Assembly: GCA_039802605.1 (NCBI GenBank)
Contig: JBDRWW010000001.1
Location: 64,001 to 128,000, forward strand
DNA: 64,000 nucleotides
Reading direction: 5' to 3'
From: a candidate division WOR-3 bacterium
Lineage (GTDB): Bacteria > Hydrothermota > Hydrothermia > LBFQ01
Below the pieces are notes generated by a model that was not told the origin of the DNA, searched no databases, and worked only from the letters and a program-made list of their open reading frames with translations. Both the position numbers and the translations under genes were made by a program. Numbering within the stretch: the first letter of the stretch is position 1; the number at the start of each line of letters is the position of its first letter. Below, piece after piece: positions 10,319 to 20,784 of this stretch.

Positions 10319-10370
10319 AAGGCCGATATTTTACCCTTGAAAGGGTTTTCAGCGGTAAAATACCCAACTT

Positions 10371-11147
10371 ATGTTCTTGCTATACCCATACATTTCCGCC
10401 TACAAGGTTGTTTATACAAAGGGTTGGGATTTAAGGGTAGGGGTTGATATAGTGGGTAATTTTTGGTATTATTCCATTCCAACATACGACCAGTACGGAT
10501 TTGCGGGTTATACCCAAACGGATTTTGGCCAAAGCATAAATTATTACTTCGGTTCAACGGATTTTTCGTATTCAAACGGCAAGTTGGCTTTCAGCGTATT
10601 TTATAATTCTATAAAACAAAACCGGCTAAACGCCTACGATGTTGATATAAATGAGAACTTTTACGGCTATGGGTTGAGTTTGGGTTATACCCCATTTAAG
10701 AACATATCAGTTGGTTTAACCGGGGAGATTTATAACGATAACAGGTTTGTAGGTTTGGAAGCTTTATTCGGATACGGTTATAACTTTTACATTGGGGGGA
10801 ATGTTCTAAGGGGATTAAGCGGTGGTATAGACTACCTTATGTTTTCGTCCGTGGCGTTAAAAGATGAGAGGTTTTCAGAGTTGAAGTTTTACTTAACAAA
10901 CAGGTATAAATCCATGGGAATATTGAGGTATGAGACATTCTTAACGAAAAATTTGCGGGTTAAATTGGGGGCGGGAGCCATATACGAAGACAGCACATAT
11001 AAACCGCTTTTTCTGGTGGGGCAGGAGATGAACCAACTCGACCGGGTCTTGGGAATTGATATAGGGGTTTATCCGAGAAGTGCGGAAATCAGGGGTGGCA
11101 GGGTTGATTGGAATGAAATAATGCTTTACATATGGCTGAAAATCTAG
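10371..11147 (+). CDS. Hypothetical protein, possible outer-membrane beta-barrel
   Basis: Alternating aromatic/Gly beta-strand pattern, C-terminal YIWLKI. Confidence 0.6.
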   Translation: MFLLYPYISAYKVVYTKGWDLRVGVDIVGNFWYYSIPTYDQYGFAGYTQTDFGQSINYYFGSTDFSYSNGKLAFSVFYNSIKQNRLNAYDVDINENFYGYGLSLGYTPFKNISVGLTGEIYNDNRFVGLEALFGYGYNFYIGGNVLRGLSGGIDYLMFSSVALKDERFSELKFYLTNRYKSMGILRYETFLTKNLRVKLGAGAIYEDSTYKPLFLVGQEMNQLDRVLGIDIGVYPRSAEIRGGRVDWNEIMLYIWLKI

Positions 11148-12061
11148 CCCATACACCCGTTTTATTTAAGGAAGCGATAGAACTTTTGGATTTAAAGGAG
11201 GGTTTAATAGTTTTGGATGCAACATTCGGTTTGGGAGGGCATGGATTTGAAATGGCGCAAAGGATAAAACCGGGTATTCTCATAGCCTTAGAAAAAGATC
11301 CGTTCACATACTCCTTGGTATCCCAAAAAATCCCAGCACTATCCAATATAAAACTCTTTAACACGGGCTACGAAAACCTTGACAAAGTGATGTTAAAATT
11401 GGGTTTGAGCTACATTGATAGGGCTTTTTTTGATTTGGGAATTTCATCCGTTTCCCTGGAAAACCGTAGGGGTTTCTCTTTTAAAAAGGACGAGGTTTTA
11501 GACCTGAGGTTTAACCCAAATGAGGGGAAACCCGCTTATGAAGTCTTAAAAGAATTGAATGAAATGGAAGTTGAAAGGATTTTACGGGTTTATGGGGAGG
11601 AGAGAAAGTCAAGGATAATTGCCAAAAAGATCTATAAAATCGCAAGAGAGGTAGATATCATAAGGACTTCACACATTTCAAAGGTTGTGGATTCCGTTTA
11701 TCCCCCACCTTTAAGGTCAAAGGCAAAGGCAAGGGTTTGGCAGGCTTTGAGGATATATGTTAATAACGAACTGGAAAACCTCAGGAAGGGTTTAGCCTTG
11801 GCTTTAAAGTATTTAAAGGTTGGTGGGAGGTTGGTGGTTATAACTTTTCATTCCTTGGAAGACAGGATGTTAAAAAGTCTCAGATATTTCCCTTTTGTGG
11901 AGGATATAACGGGAAAACCGATAACCCCTACGCGAGAAGAGGTTGAGGAGAACCCAAGAAGCAGATCCGCAAAAATGAGGGTTTTCATAAAGGTTGGTGA
12001 GGTGGATCATTACAAACTTTTGAGGGATAGAAGGTTTGCAAACCCCTTTAAGATAAAATGA
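11132..12061 (+). CDS. rsmH: 16S rRNA m4C1402 methyltransferase
   Basis: HTPVL, DATFGLGGH, DLGISS, FHSLEDR, NPRSRSAK. Confidence 0.95.
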   Translation: MAENLAHTPVLFKEAIELLDLKEGLIVLDATFGLGGHGFEMAQRIKPGILIALEKDPFTYSLVSQKIPALSNIKLFNTGYENLDKVMLKLGLSYIDRAFFDLGISSVSLENRRGFSFKKDEVLDLRFNPNEGKPAYEVLKELNEMEVERILRVYGEERKSRIIAKKIYKIAREVDIIRTSHISKVVDSVYPPPLRSKAKARVWQALRIYVNNELENLRKGLALALKYLKVGGRLVVITFHSLEDRMLKSLRYFPFVEDITGKPITPTREEVEENPRSRSAKMRVFIKVGEVDHYKLLRDRRFANPFKIK

Positions 12062-12240
12062 GGGGCATTATTATCCACATCATCATAATTTCCCTTATCC
12101 TCCTCTTAAGCGCCGTTATGAACTCTTACACTATTACCATTTTGAGTAAAAAAATGGCGGTAAAAAGGGATGAGCTCAGGAAAACCTCTTGGGTTGAGGA
12201 TAGCATTAGATTTTTGAGGTTTTCAAAACCTTATGAGTAG
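12058..12240 (+). CDS. Small membrane protein, FtsL-like by position
   Basis: Single TM helix plus short coil; ATGA overlap with rsmH. Confidence 0.5.
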   Translation: MRGIIIHIIIISLILLLSAVMNSYTITILSKKMAVKRDELRKTSWVEDSIRFLRFSKPYE

Positions 12241-13043
12241 ATATAACCGAAAAACCTAAACAAAAGGAAAAAACCTACCAGAGACATTATTAAGCTATCA
12301 ACCCTATCAAACAAACCCCCATGACCGGGCATAATCTTGCCGGAATCTTTAACCCCCTTTTCCCTTTTTAATGCGGATTCGACCAGATCCCCCAATTGTG
12401 CAAATACACCTATATATATTCCGCTTAAGGTGTAAAAGGGAAGCCTGTCAAATCCCCAGAAAGCATACCCCAATATTCCACCAACGATGGCGCTTGTTAA
12501 CAACCCACCCAACAAACCCTCCAAGGTTTTACCGGAACTAATCCTAGTAAATATTTTCCTCCTTCCGGAGAATTTACCGAATAGATATGCACCCGTATCA
12601 AATGACCAATTAACCGCTAATACAAAAAGGCACAATTCAAACGAAAATTCCCTCAAAGTTATAATTATATTTGCGGGCACCAAGATATATACCGCCACGG
12701 CCAAAAGTATCAAGGCCTCTTTAACGCTAAAACCCAAAAGGTAATTTACAATGCCGAATATAAACAGAAGGATAAAGGATAGTATAAATCCACCTTCCCA
12801 AAACGCCAAACCTATGGCAAACAAACCCACAAAAAAACTTAACAGGCTAAACCTATTAACAACCAAACGATATATTTCATAATACAGGATTATTATGGCT
12901 ATGAATATCGCGAGTTTGAAATATATTCCCCCAAGCCAAAAGGCCAAGGCAAAGGGGGGTAGGATTAAGACAACGCCTAAAATTCTCTTAAACAGATCAT
13001 ACAACTTTTCCAAATTTTCTGACCCTCTTTGAAAAATCCTCAA
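12231..13043 (-). CDS. cdsA: Phosphatidate cytidylyltransferase
   Basis: DTGAY.FG, SSGKTLEG, GDLVESALKR..VKDSG..PGHGG..DRVD. Start may be TTG 13013. Confidence 0.93.
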   Translation of the reverse strand: MRIFQRGSENLEKLYDLFKRILGVVLILPPFALAFWLGGIYFKLAIFIAIIILYYEIYRLVVNRFSLLSFFVGLFAIGLAFWEGGFILSFILLFIFGIVNYLLGFSVKEALILLAVAVYILVPANIIITLREFSFELCLFVLAVNWSFDTGAYLFGKFSGRRKIFTRISSGKTLEGLLGGLLTSAIVGGILGYAFWGFDRLPFYTLSGIYIGVFAQLGDLVESALKREKGVKDSGKIMPGHGGLFDRVDSLIMSLVGFFLLFRFFGYIYS

Positions 13044-13686
13044 TGGCCTTTAAAAACTCCTCCTCACGGAAATCCGGCCACAAGACATCCGTTATATACA
13101 GTTCCGCGTATGCGGTATGCCATAGCAGGAAATTGGAAATCCTACGCTCACCGGCCGTCCTTATTAGTAAATCTACATCGGGCAATTCAGGGTCGTATAG
13201 GAAATTCCTAAAAGTTTCCTCATCTACCTCTTTAACGCCGGACCTCAAAACCTTATTTACGGCATCCACTATCTCCTGCCTACCCCCGTATGATAAGGCC
13301 AAGTATAGGTTTAAATCCCTATTGTTCTTCGTCTTTTCCATCGCAAAGTTCAAGGCATCCAAGACCTCATTCCCTAGGCTTTCAAGCCTCCCTATGGCCC
13401 TAACCCTAACCCCCTGCCTGTTTAAATCCTCAACCTCTTTTATCAACAATGTTCTAAGGAGATACATAAGGTATGAAACCTCTTCCTTTGGCCTTTGCCA
13501 ATTTTCCGAGGAAAATGTGTAAAGGGTTAGGTATTTTATTCCAACCCTTTTTGCAACCCTAACAACCGAACGGACGGATTCCACCCCAACCCTATGACCC
13601 ATAACCCTCGGCAAACCCCTGATCTTAGCCCACCTACCATTCCCATCCATTATTATCCCAACATGGTAAGGGATGCTATTCTTCAA
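12997..13686 (-). CDS. uppS: Undecaprenyl diphosphate synthase
   Basis: HVGIIMDGNGRWA, FSSENWQRP, RTAGERRISNFLLW. Confidence 0.96.
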   Translation of the reverse strand: MKNSIPYHVGIIMDGNGRWAKIRGLPRVMGHRVGVESVRSVVRVAKRVGIKYLTLYTFSSENWQRPKEEVSYLMYLLRTLLIKEVEDLNRQGVRVRAIGRLESLGNEVLDALNFAMEKTKNNRDLNLYLALSYGGRQEIVDAVNKVLRSGVKEVDEETFRNFLYDPELPDVDLLIRTAGERRISNFLLWHTAYAELYITDVLWPDFREEEFLKAIEDFSKRVRKFGKVV

Positions 13687-14230
13687 GGATTTCCTTCTCC
13701 TTTTCTTTAAAGGCCTTATCCACCTCCTCTATAAACTTATCCGTAATTTTTTGGATATTTTCCTCACCCCTATATCTATCATCCTCAGTGATTTCCTTAT
13801 TCTTCTCCATCTCCCTAATTTTTTCTATGGCATCCCTGCGGATATTCCTTATGTGAATCTTTGCCTCTTCTGCCATTTGCTTTGCCAGCTTTACCAACTC
13901 TTTCCTCCTCTCCTCGGAAAGGGGAGGGATTTCAATTTTTAGAACTTTACCTTCCTTTTTTGGGGTAAGGTTTAAATTTGCGGCTATTATTGCCCTCTCT
14001 ATTTCGGGCAGGGAGTTGGCATCCCAAGGGTTTATTATAAGAAGCCTACCCTCGGCCGCCGTAATACTCGCTATTTGATTTATGGGTATCAATTGACCGT
14101 AATAATTCACCTTTACCCCCTCCAATATTGCGGGGTTTGCCCTACCAGCCCTCAACTTCTTATACTCCCTTTTTAAATGCTCAACGGCTTCCCTCATCCT
14201 CCTTTCGGCATCCTTAAATACCTCGTTCAT
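13676..14230 (-). CDS. frr: Ribosome recycling factor
   Basis: RAGRANP, PPLSEERR, IRNIRR. Start moved to ATG 14230, with C-N5-TAAAAT 8 nt upstream. Confidence 0.96.
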   Translation of the reverse strand: MNEVFKDAERRMREAVEHLKREYKKLRAGRANPAILEGVKVNYYGQLIPINQIASITAAEGRLLIINPWDANSLPEIERAIIAANLNLTPKKEGKVLKIEIPPLSEERRKELVKLAKQMAEEAKIHIRNIRRDAIEKIREMEKNKEITEDDRYRGEENIQKITDKFIEEVDKAFKEKEKEILEE

Positions 14231-14258
14231 AAGCGTGTATTTTACCCCCGTAAAATTT

Positions 14259-14939
14259 TCAAATACCCCTTTTGCTAACCCAAAAGGAACTAACAACCAA
14301 AACGCATAAAGATGCCAAGAAATTTTTTACCGTATAACCTATATCAACATAAGGTTTAACATTCTCCCCTAGGTACATTTCCGTAATTTTAAATGTTATC
14401 TTTGGTGCGGGTATAAACTTCAAAGCGATTAAGGAGAGTATAACCAAAAGGACGGTTAAAAACCACCTTGCGGGAAGTTCCTTTGTAAAAGATGACATTG
14501 AAAGGGATAGGGATGATATGGTCAAGGTTGTTAAAAGGGATAATATATAGGATACGATTATCCCATTCACCGAATAATCACCTGTACTAATAAAAGGCCG
14601 GGCTGAAAGGTAAAGGAACAGAAAGAAAAGGAGCCAATATAATGAGTTTTCAACAGCCAACAATATCCATTTTGAAAGTAGTATTTTCCACCTATGAACG
14701 GGTAGAGTGTTTAAAAATTCCCTAAGGTTTCCGTTATCCTCATTGAAATAGTGAGCCATTCCGGATATAAAACTCCAAAAGAATATGCCCACACCCGATA
14801 ATAAAACTGGAATAAAACCGGGAAAATTTCTATAATAAGACAGGTATAAGCCTATACCACCTAAGGAAGAAATTATCAAAATGTTGGAAAAAATCCACCA
14901 CTTCGTAATTTTAAAATCCTTCCACAGTAATGCCCTCAT
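14259..14939 (-). CDS. ABC-2 type transporter permease
   Basis: Multi-TM, LNTLPVHRWKILLSK motif, coupled to the ATPase gene. Confidence 0.8.
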   Translation of the reverse strand: MRALLWKDFKITKWWIFSNILIISSLGGIGLYLSYYRNFPGFIPVLLSGVGIFFWSFISGMAHYFNEDNGNLREFLNTLPVHRWKILLSKWILLAVENSLYWLLFFLFLYLSARPFISTGDYSVNGIIVSYILSLLTTLTISSLSLSMSSFTKELPARWFLTVLLVILSLIALKFIPAPKITFKITEMYLGENVKPYVDIGYTVKNFLASLCVLVVSSFWVSKRGI

Positions 14940-15595
14940 GCAAACAACCCCTTGTATATATCCTTAACCTTATCCCTTTCAAATGTTTCTTCAACGAATT
15001 TTCCGTTCTTTAAAAACACGAACCTTGTGGCAAAGTCCGAAAGTTCGTCTATCTGATGGGATGTAAATATAAATGTTCCCTCCCCTTTCCCTTTCATCAT
15101 CCTAACCACCTTTTCCCTTAGCACGAAATCAAGGGAGGATAAGGGTTCATCTATTAAATACAATTTTGCCTTTACGGAAAGCCCTATGGCTATCCTTATA
15201 AGTGTCCTTTCCCCTTTTGAAAATTCGCTATATTTACGCCAAGGGTTTAAATTCAAAAGTCCAAGAAAGTTTTCAAACAGATCCTCGTCTATTTCCCAAA
15301 AACTCCCGACAAATTTCAAAATCTCGTAAATTTTAAAACCTGGATAGAGGTTATCCCTCTCGCTAACATAGGATATAAGCCTCCTACTCTTTGTGGATGG
15401 AATCTTTGTATTATATATAGTAATTTCCCCCTTTTGAAAGGGTTCAATGTTTGCAAGGATTTTTAAAAATGTGGTTTTCCCATAACCGTTTGGGGCCAAA
15501 ATGAAAACCCTTTCACCTTCTTCAACCAAAAAGTCTAAATCCTTTAAAACGGCCTTCCTTCCATAAATCTTTAATAATCCTTCCACCTTTAACAT
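14936..15595 (-). CDS. ABC transporter ATP-binding protein
   Basis: APNGYGKT Walker A, FSKGE signature, LIDEP, TSH. Confidence 0.92.
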   Translation of the reverse strand: MLKVEGLLKIYGRKAVLKDLDFLVEEGERVFILAPNGYGKTTFLKILANIEPFQKGEITIYNTKIPSTKSRRLISYVSERDNLYPGFKIYEILKFVGSFWEIDEDLFENFLGLLNLNPWRKYSEFSKGERTLIRIAIGLSVKAKLYLIDEPLSSLDFVLREKVVRMMKGKGEGTFIFTSHQIDELSDFATRFVFLKNGKFVEETFERDKVKDIYKGLFA

Positions 15596-15654
15596 TAATC
15601 GGGAATTATACCGTTGAAAACGATAAACCCTTCACCCTTATAATATCCGCCTTC

Positions 15655-15738
15655 GGTGGGGTTCCCGAGCGGCCAAAGGGGCCAGGCTGTAAACCTGGTG
15701 GCGTAACGCCTTCGGGGGTTCAAATCCCTCCCCCACCA
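15655..15738 (+). tRNA. tRNA-Tyr(GTA), CCA not encoded
   Basis: GGTGGGG/CCCCACC acceptor, CCAGG-CTGTAAA-CCTGG anticodon arm, variable arm, GTTCAAATC. Confidence 0.95.
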
Positions 15739-15742
15739 CTTT

Positions 15743-16729
15743 TTGGACGAGGTTTTAATTACGGGTGTTGGTGGGTTTATAGGTTCCTTTTTGGCAAAAG
15801 CGCTCCTCAAAAGGGGATACAAGGTAGTGGGCATTGATAACTTTGACCCATATTATCCCAAGGATTACAAACTTTTAAGGCTTGAAATGTTGAAGGGTTT
15901 TACAAACTTTGAGTTTTACGATGTGGATTTCACCGAATACGAAAGCCTTAGAAAGGTGTTTGAAAATAGGAACTTTTCGGGAGTTTTACATATAGGCGCA
16001 AAGGCCGGGGTTAGGGCGAGCATACAAAACCCCGAGGGGTATATAAAGGTGAATACCTTGGGAACATTGAACATATTAAAGGTTATGTTAGAATTCGGAA
16101 TAAGAAAAATCCTTATGGCATCAACATCTTCCATATACGCCGGGCATAACCCCCCATTTGTTGAAAGCATGAAAACGGATACACCCATATCACCCTATGC
16201 GGTAAGCAAGAAGGCCGCAGAAAATTTATTATATACATACCATCACCTTTACGGTATAGATGCTCTTGTTTTGAGGTATTTTACCGTTTATGGACCGGCT
16301 GGGAGGCCTGATATGAGTATTTTTAAGATATTTTACTCGGCTTTTTCGGGTAGCGAATTCCCCCTTTATGGGGATGGTAGTCAAAGGAGGTCCTTTACGT
16401 TCGTAGAGGATGTTGTTGATGGAACCATAAAGGCGTATGAGACGATAAAGGGTTTTGAAGTTATAAACATAGGAAACCCCACGGACGAGGCCTTATTTAA
16501 TGTTATAAACCATGTGGAAAATCTTGTGGGGAATAAGGTGAAAATTCGGTTTTTGGAGTTTAATAGGGCGGATGTTATGGAAACAAAGGCGGATATTACA
16601 AAGGCGAGAAAGCTGTTGAATTGGGAACCAAAAACGGATATTTATACGGGTTTGGAAATAACTTACCATTGGTTTAGGGAAAATTGGGATAGGATTAAAG
16701 AAATTTTTCCGGAAATGCCGAGAATATGA
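15743..16729 (+). CDS. NAD-dependent epimerase (UDP-glucuronate 4-epimerase-like)
   Basis: TGVGGFIG, AKAGVR, YAVSK, RYFTVYGPAGRPDM. Confidence 0.9.
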   Translation: MDEVLITGVGGFIGSFLAKALLKRGYKVVGIDNFDPYYPKDYKLLRLEMLKGFTNFEFYDVDFTEYESLRKVFENRNFSGVLHIGAKAGVRASIQNPEGYIKVNTLGTLNILKVMLEFGIRKILMASTSSIYAGHNPPFVESMKTDTPISPYAVSKKAAENLLYTYHHLYGIDALVLRYFTVYGPAGRPDMSIFKIFYSAFSGSEFPLYGDGSQRRSFTFVEDVVDGTIKAYETIKGFEVINIGNPTDEALFNVINHVENLVGNKVKIRFLEFNRADVMETKADITKARKLLNWEPKTDIYTGLEITYHWFRENWDRIKEIFPEMPRI

Positions 16730-17481
16730 TAAGGGTTATAGGCATCCCATTTGAAACTTCGGAAAACTTTTTAAGGGGTGCGGCTTTGGGACCCTCACAT
16801 ATCAGGTGGCACCTTTGGGGAATAGATAGGTATAGCCCACATTTCAATGCTTTTATGCCCGAATACGAGGATTTGGGGGATATTTGGACGAACTTTGATT
16901 TAAAGGTTGAGGAAAGGTTAAAGGATATAAGGGAAAGGTTAAAGGGTTTGGTTGAAGGAAAGGTTTTATTCCTAGGTGGAGACCATACCATAAGTTTTAT
17001 TACCGTTCCGATTTTGGCAGAAAAATTTGGTGATTTTGCGATTTTACACCTCGACGCGCATTTGGATAGGTGGGACAATTTCGGTGGGAAGTATTCACAT
17101 GCAACGGTTATGAGGAGGCTTGAAGAAATGGGTTTTAAGGTGGGAACATTCGGATATAGGACCGTTGGGGAGGAAGAATACGAACCGGAATTTGGTTATA
17201 AGTTTGGCATTGAAGGCTTGGAAGAATTCGTAAATGGAAATAAGGCAATTTATTTATCCTTTGATTTTGACTTTTTTGATCCATCGTTTTTTCCCGCAGT
17301 TAGCAACCCAGAGCCAATGGGTTTTACATTTAAAGATTTCATTGGGATTTTAAGGAGTTTAAAGGGAAAGGTTATAGGGGCTGAACTCGTGGAGTACTTA
17401 CCAACCTTGGATTACTCCCGCCAATGCGGTACAATAGCCGCCATAGTTTTCAGGGAAGTTTTAACGGTTATGGGTTTATAG
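16726..17481 (+). CDS. speB: Agmatinase / ureohydrolase
   Basis: GGDH, HLDAHLD, SHAT, DFDFFDP. Confidence 0.8.
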   Translation: MIRVIGIPFETSENFLRGAALGPSHIRWHLWGIDRYSPHFNAFMPEYEDLGDIWTNFDLKVEERLKDIRERLKGLVEGKVLFLGGDHTISFITVPILAEKFGDFAILHLDAHLDRWDNFGGKYSHATVMRRLEEMGFKVGTFGYRTVGEEEYEPEFGYKFGIEGLEEFVNGNKAIYLSFDFDFFDPSFFPAVSNPEPMGFTFKDFIGILRSLKGKVIGAELVEYLPTLDYSRQCGTIAAIVFREVLTVMGL

Positions 17482-18204
17482 ATAGGCCAAAAGGGTTTTT
17501 GGAAGACCCTCTTTAAGGATTTTCTCCTTTGTTGCATTTGAATCGTAGGGTATCCTAAACCACTCAAAGGTCATATCCTTTTTGTCAAATATCCCGAATG
17601 TTGCCAGTTTTATCCCGTCCCTTGATTGGCCAACGGAACCTGGATTTATTATATACCTGGCATTATCCAAAAGTTTTAATTTCATATATTCCGCGGATAC
17701 ATATCCCCCATAAATCTTTGCGTTATACCTGCAAAAGTATGAGGGTATATGCGTGTGGCCTAAGAAAATTATTTTTTCACGGGAGGATTTAAAAACCTCT
17801 TCGGCATCCCCGTAATCATATACATAGTGCCATATGGGATTAACCGGGGAAGCGTGTATAAAAAGCATTTCGTCATCCTTGTGGTATGGGGATAAATTTT
17901 TCAAAAATTCTAAATTGTCGGGTTTTATAACCCTTTCGGTCCAAAGGCTGCACTTTAAAGCCACATCTCCAAAATATTCCCTTTCACCTTTATCTATTAA
18001 AGCCTTGTCGTGATTTCCCAAAAGGCACAAGCCGTTTAAATTCTTAACGATTTCTATAACCTCGTTTGGGTTTGGACCGTAATCCACATAATCCCCCAAG
18101 CACACAACTTTATCCCAAACTATGTTATTATCCCTTAAAAAATCAAGAACCGCCTTTAAAGCCTCAAAATTACCGTGAATATCCGACAGTAAAAGGGTTC
18201 TCAT
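17476..18204 (-). CDS. Metallophosphoesterase family protein
   Basis: SDIHGN, LGDYVDYG, GNHD, HASP, GHTH, NPGSVGQ. Confidence 0.9.
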   Translation of the reverse strand: MRTLLLSDIHGNFEALKAVLDFLRDNNIVWDKVVCLGDYVDYGPNPNEVIEIVKNLNGLCLLGNHDKALIDKGEREYFGDVALKCSLWTERVIKPDNLEFLKNLSPYHKDDEMLFIHASPVNPIWHYVYDYGDAEEVFKSSREKIIFLGHTHIPSYFCRYNAKIYGGYVSAEYMKLKLLDNARYIINPGSVGQSRDGIKLATFGIFDKKDMTFEWFRIPYDSNATKEKILKEGLPKTLLAYL

Positions 18205-19982
18205 CAGTACGGTATATCCTGCAATAGTTTATCGACATTATCAACTTCATCAAGTTTTCCCAAACCGAAGTATAAAACCCTCGCCTCTTCCAATGCATCA
18301 CGGGCTTCATATGATTTACCTATTTCTTTGTATGCTATACCCAAGTACTTTAACAAATCCGCCCTCTCGGCGTCCGTAAGGTCTCCCCTGCCGAGTTCCT
18401 TTTTTAATATACTTATAGCCTGTACGGGTTTTCCATCGTAAATTAGGGAAATTGCCAAGAATAGTTTAGCCTTATTTACTTCCTCATAATTTGGATACAA
18501 ATCCACTATCTTACCAAATGTCTGTACCGCATCATCCCACATTTTGTTTTTAAAGTATATCTGGCCTGCGGTAAAGAGGGCTTCGGGTGCCTGTCTGTGC
18601 TTTGGAAATTCGCTCCCCATTTTGTAATAAAACCTCGCCGCCAAAAGTTCCCTTTTCTCGTCCAAAAGTTTCCCTCCCCAGTATATCAAAGCATCCGCCG
18701 CATCATCGCTGTTGGGGAATTCCCGTAAGAAATTCCATAGCTCAACCGTATCCTCCCTCGCTATGACATTATAAACCTGTTGTGCCCTCTGCCTCGCTAT
18801 GGAATAGAGTTCGGAATTCGGGTAATTTATGTATATCTTCCTGAGATAACTTAGGGCTGTTTTATAATCCTTTTGAGAAAAGTATATTTCCGAAAGGGTA
18901 TATAGCGCCCTTGGGGCTTCGGGATGTTGCGGAAACCTTTCAACAAACCATTCAAGCGTTTTTTTAGCCTCGTTTATCTTGTTTTGTCCCAAGTATATCG
19001 TATATGTCCTATACGCGGCCTCTCCGGCCGTTGGTAGGTTTGCATAATCCTGCATTACCTTCTGATAGTTTTGTAATGCCAAATCGTACATCCTCAAAGC
19101 CTCATAATTGAAACCCCTATAATAGTATATCAGTACATCCGTCGGCGGGTGGCCCGTTATCTGGATGTTATCAAATATATTTTTTGCCCCTTCAATATCC
19201 CCAAGGTTAAAGGTTGCTATACCCTCCGCTATTTGGGCGTGGGCCAAAGGAACACCGTTTAAGAATTCTTGGGACTGTTTTGCGTGGGATAAGGCATCGG
19301 AAAACTTTTGAGCGTATAGGTTTGCCCAAGCCGCCCCAACCCTTGAAAGGGATTTTACGAGACCATCTTGACCTTCGTTTATGTTCTTTGCGTATATTGA
19401 TTCCGCCTGTAAAAAGTGCTTACCGTAAAGGTTTGCCTCACCCGCCGCCCATATTACCCAACCCATACCTATGTTCCAAGGCCTGTTGTAATAATCCGAA
19501 AGAAATATACTCCCATAAGACCTTGCACCCTCATCATCGCCGGAATACAACAAGCCGAGAATATAATAAGTTCTAACCACATAGGAAACCTCCGGCGGAA
19601 ACCCAGAGTATTCCACAACCTCCGAGAGGGCATTTACACCCTCTTTAAACAAACCCACCCTAATTAAACCTACCCCGTATTGTGCCATCTTATTGTAGTA
19701 CTCGTCAAGTTCGGATTTACCCGGCCTTCCGGAAGACCAACCTTTTTTCTTGGGTTTTTGGGGGACATTAAAGGAATTTACGAATTTTAGGGAATCCTCA
19801 AACTTCAAGTTGAAAATCTCATTCCAACCGGGAAAGGAAGAGACCAAAGGGCCCATAGGTGGCATGTAGAAGTATAGCGGTCTTTCGTATCCGGTTATCT
19901 GGAATTCGGCCTTTCCGGTTACAACCTCTTCTTCCTCAACCGCTTGATTTCCCTCCTGAAAAATAAAAACCCACAAAAGCAT
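18204..19982 (-). CDS. Tetratricopeptide repeat protein (BamD/CpoB-like repeats)
   Basis: Repeated helical TPRs with 'FP.HP.AP.AL' motifs. Confidence 0.85.
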   Translation of the reverse strand: MLLWVFIFQEGNQAVEEEEVVTGKAEFQITGYERPLYFYMPPMGPLVSSFPGWNEIFNLKFEDSLKFVNSFNVPQKPKKKGWSSGRPGKSELDEYYNKMAQYGVGLIRVGLFKEGVNALSEVVEYSGFPPEVSYVVRTYYILGLLYSGDDEGARSYGSIFLSDYYNRPWNIGMGWVIWAAGEANLYGKHFLQAESIYAKNINEGQDGLVKSLSRVGAAWANLYAQKFSDALSHAKQSQEFLNGVPLAHAQIAEGIATFNLGDIEGAKNIFDNIQITGHPPTDVLIYYYRGFNYEALRMYDLALQNYQKVMQDYANLPTAGEAAYRTYTIYLGQNKINEAKKTLEWFVERFPQHPEAPRALYTLSEIYFSQKDYKTALSYLRKIYINYPNSELYSIARQRAQQVYNVIAREDTVELWNFLREFPNSDDAADALIYWGGKLLDEKRELLAARFYYKMGSEFPKHRQAPEALFTAGQIYFKNKMWDDAVQTFGKIVDLYPNYEEVNKAKLFLAISLIYDGKPVQAISILKKELGRGDLTDAERADLLKYLGIAYKEIGKSYEARDALEEARVLYFGLGKLDEVDNVDKLLQDIPY

Positions 19983-20073
19983 AATTGGGAATTATACTCC
20001 CGGTATATTCCCCATAAATGCCCGTCCCGGACCTTTCAAACCATTTATTTCTCCAACCTTAGAATTTTCACCG

Positions 20074-20784
20074 ATGAACCCGCGTTTTAAAAGGATTCTA
20101 TTGAAGTTAAGCGGTGGAATATTGGCGGGAGAAATGGGTTTTGGCATTGACCCAAAGACTTTAAACAGGTTGGCGGATGAGATAGTTGAGGTTTATAACC
20201 GTGGTGTGGAAGTGGCCATTGTGGTCGGCGGTGGAAATATCCTAAGGGGTACCCAGAGTTCCCATTTGGGAATAGATAGGGTAACGGCCGATTATATGGG
20301 TATGCTTGCGACTATACTAAATGCACTGGCTCTTCAAAGCGTTATTGAGCAAAGGGGTGTTCAAACTAGGGTAATGAGCGCCTTAACGGTTTCACAGGTT
20401 GCGGAACCATATATAAGGAGAAGGGCAATAAGACACCTTGAAAAGGGGAGAATTGTAATATTTGCGGGTGGTACGGGTAATCCCTTCTTTTCGACGGATT
20501 CGGCCGCGGCTTTAAGGGCATCGGAAATAAATGCGGATGTTATATTAAAGGGTACAAGGGTTGATGGGGTATATACCTCCGATCCCGAAAAGGACCCAGA
20601 CGCAAAGAGGTTAGACAAATTAACATATCAGGATTTTATCGTTAACGATTTAAAGGTTTTGGATACATCGGCGATAGACATAGCAAGGCAAAGGGGAATC
20701 CCCATAATAGTGTTTAACATAACAAAGGCCGGGCAATTGATAAGGGTTCTAACGGAAGAAGGCGTTGGCACATATATCGGATGA
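20074..20784 (+). CDS. pyrH: UMP kinase
   Basis: LLKLSG, GGGN, DYMGML, GTGNPFFSTD. Confidence 0.97.
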   Translation: MNPRFKRILLKLSGGILAGEMGFGIDPKTLNRLADEIVEVYNRGVEVAIVVGGGNILRGTQSSHLGIDRVTADYMGMLATILNALALQSVIEQRGVQTRVMSALTVSQVAEPYIRRRAIRHLEKGRIVIFAGGTGNPFFSTDSAAALRASEINADVILKGTRVDGVYTSDPEKDPDAKRLDKLTYQDFIVNDLKVLDTSAIDIARQRGIPIIVFNITKAGQLIRVLTEEGVGTYIG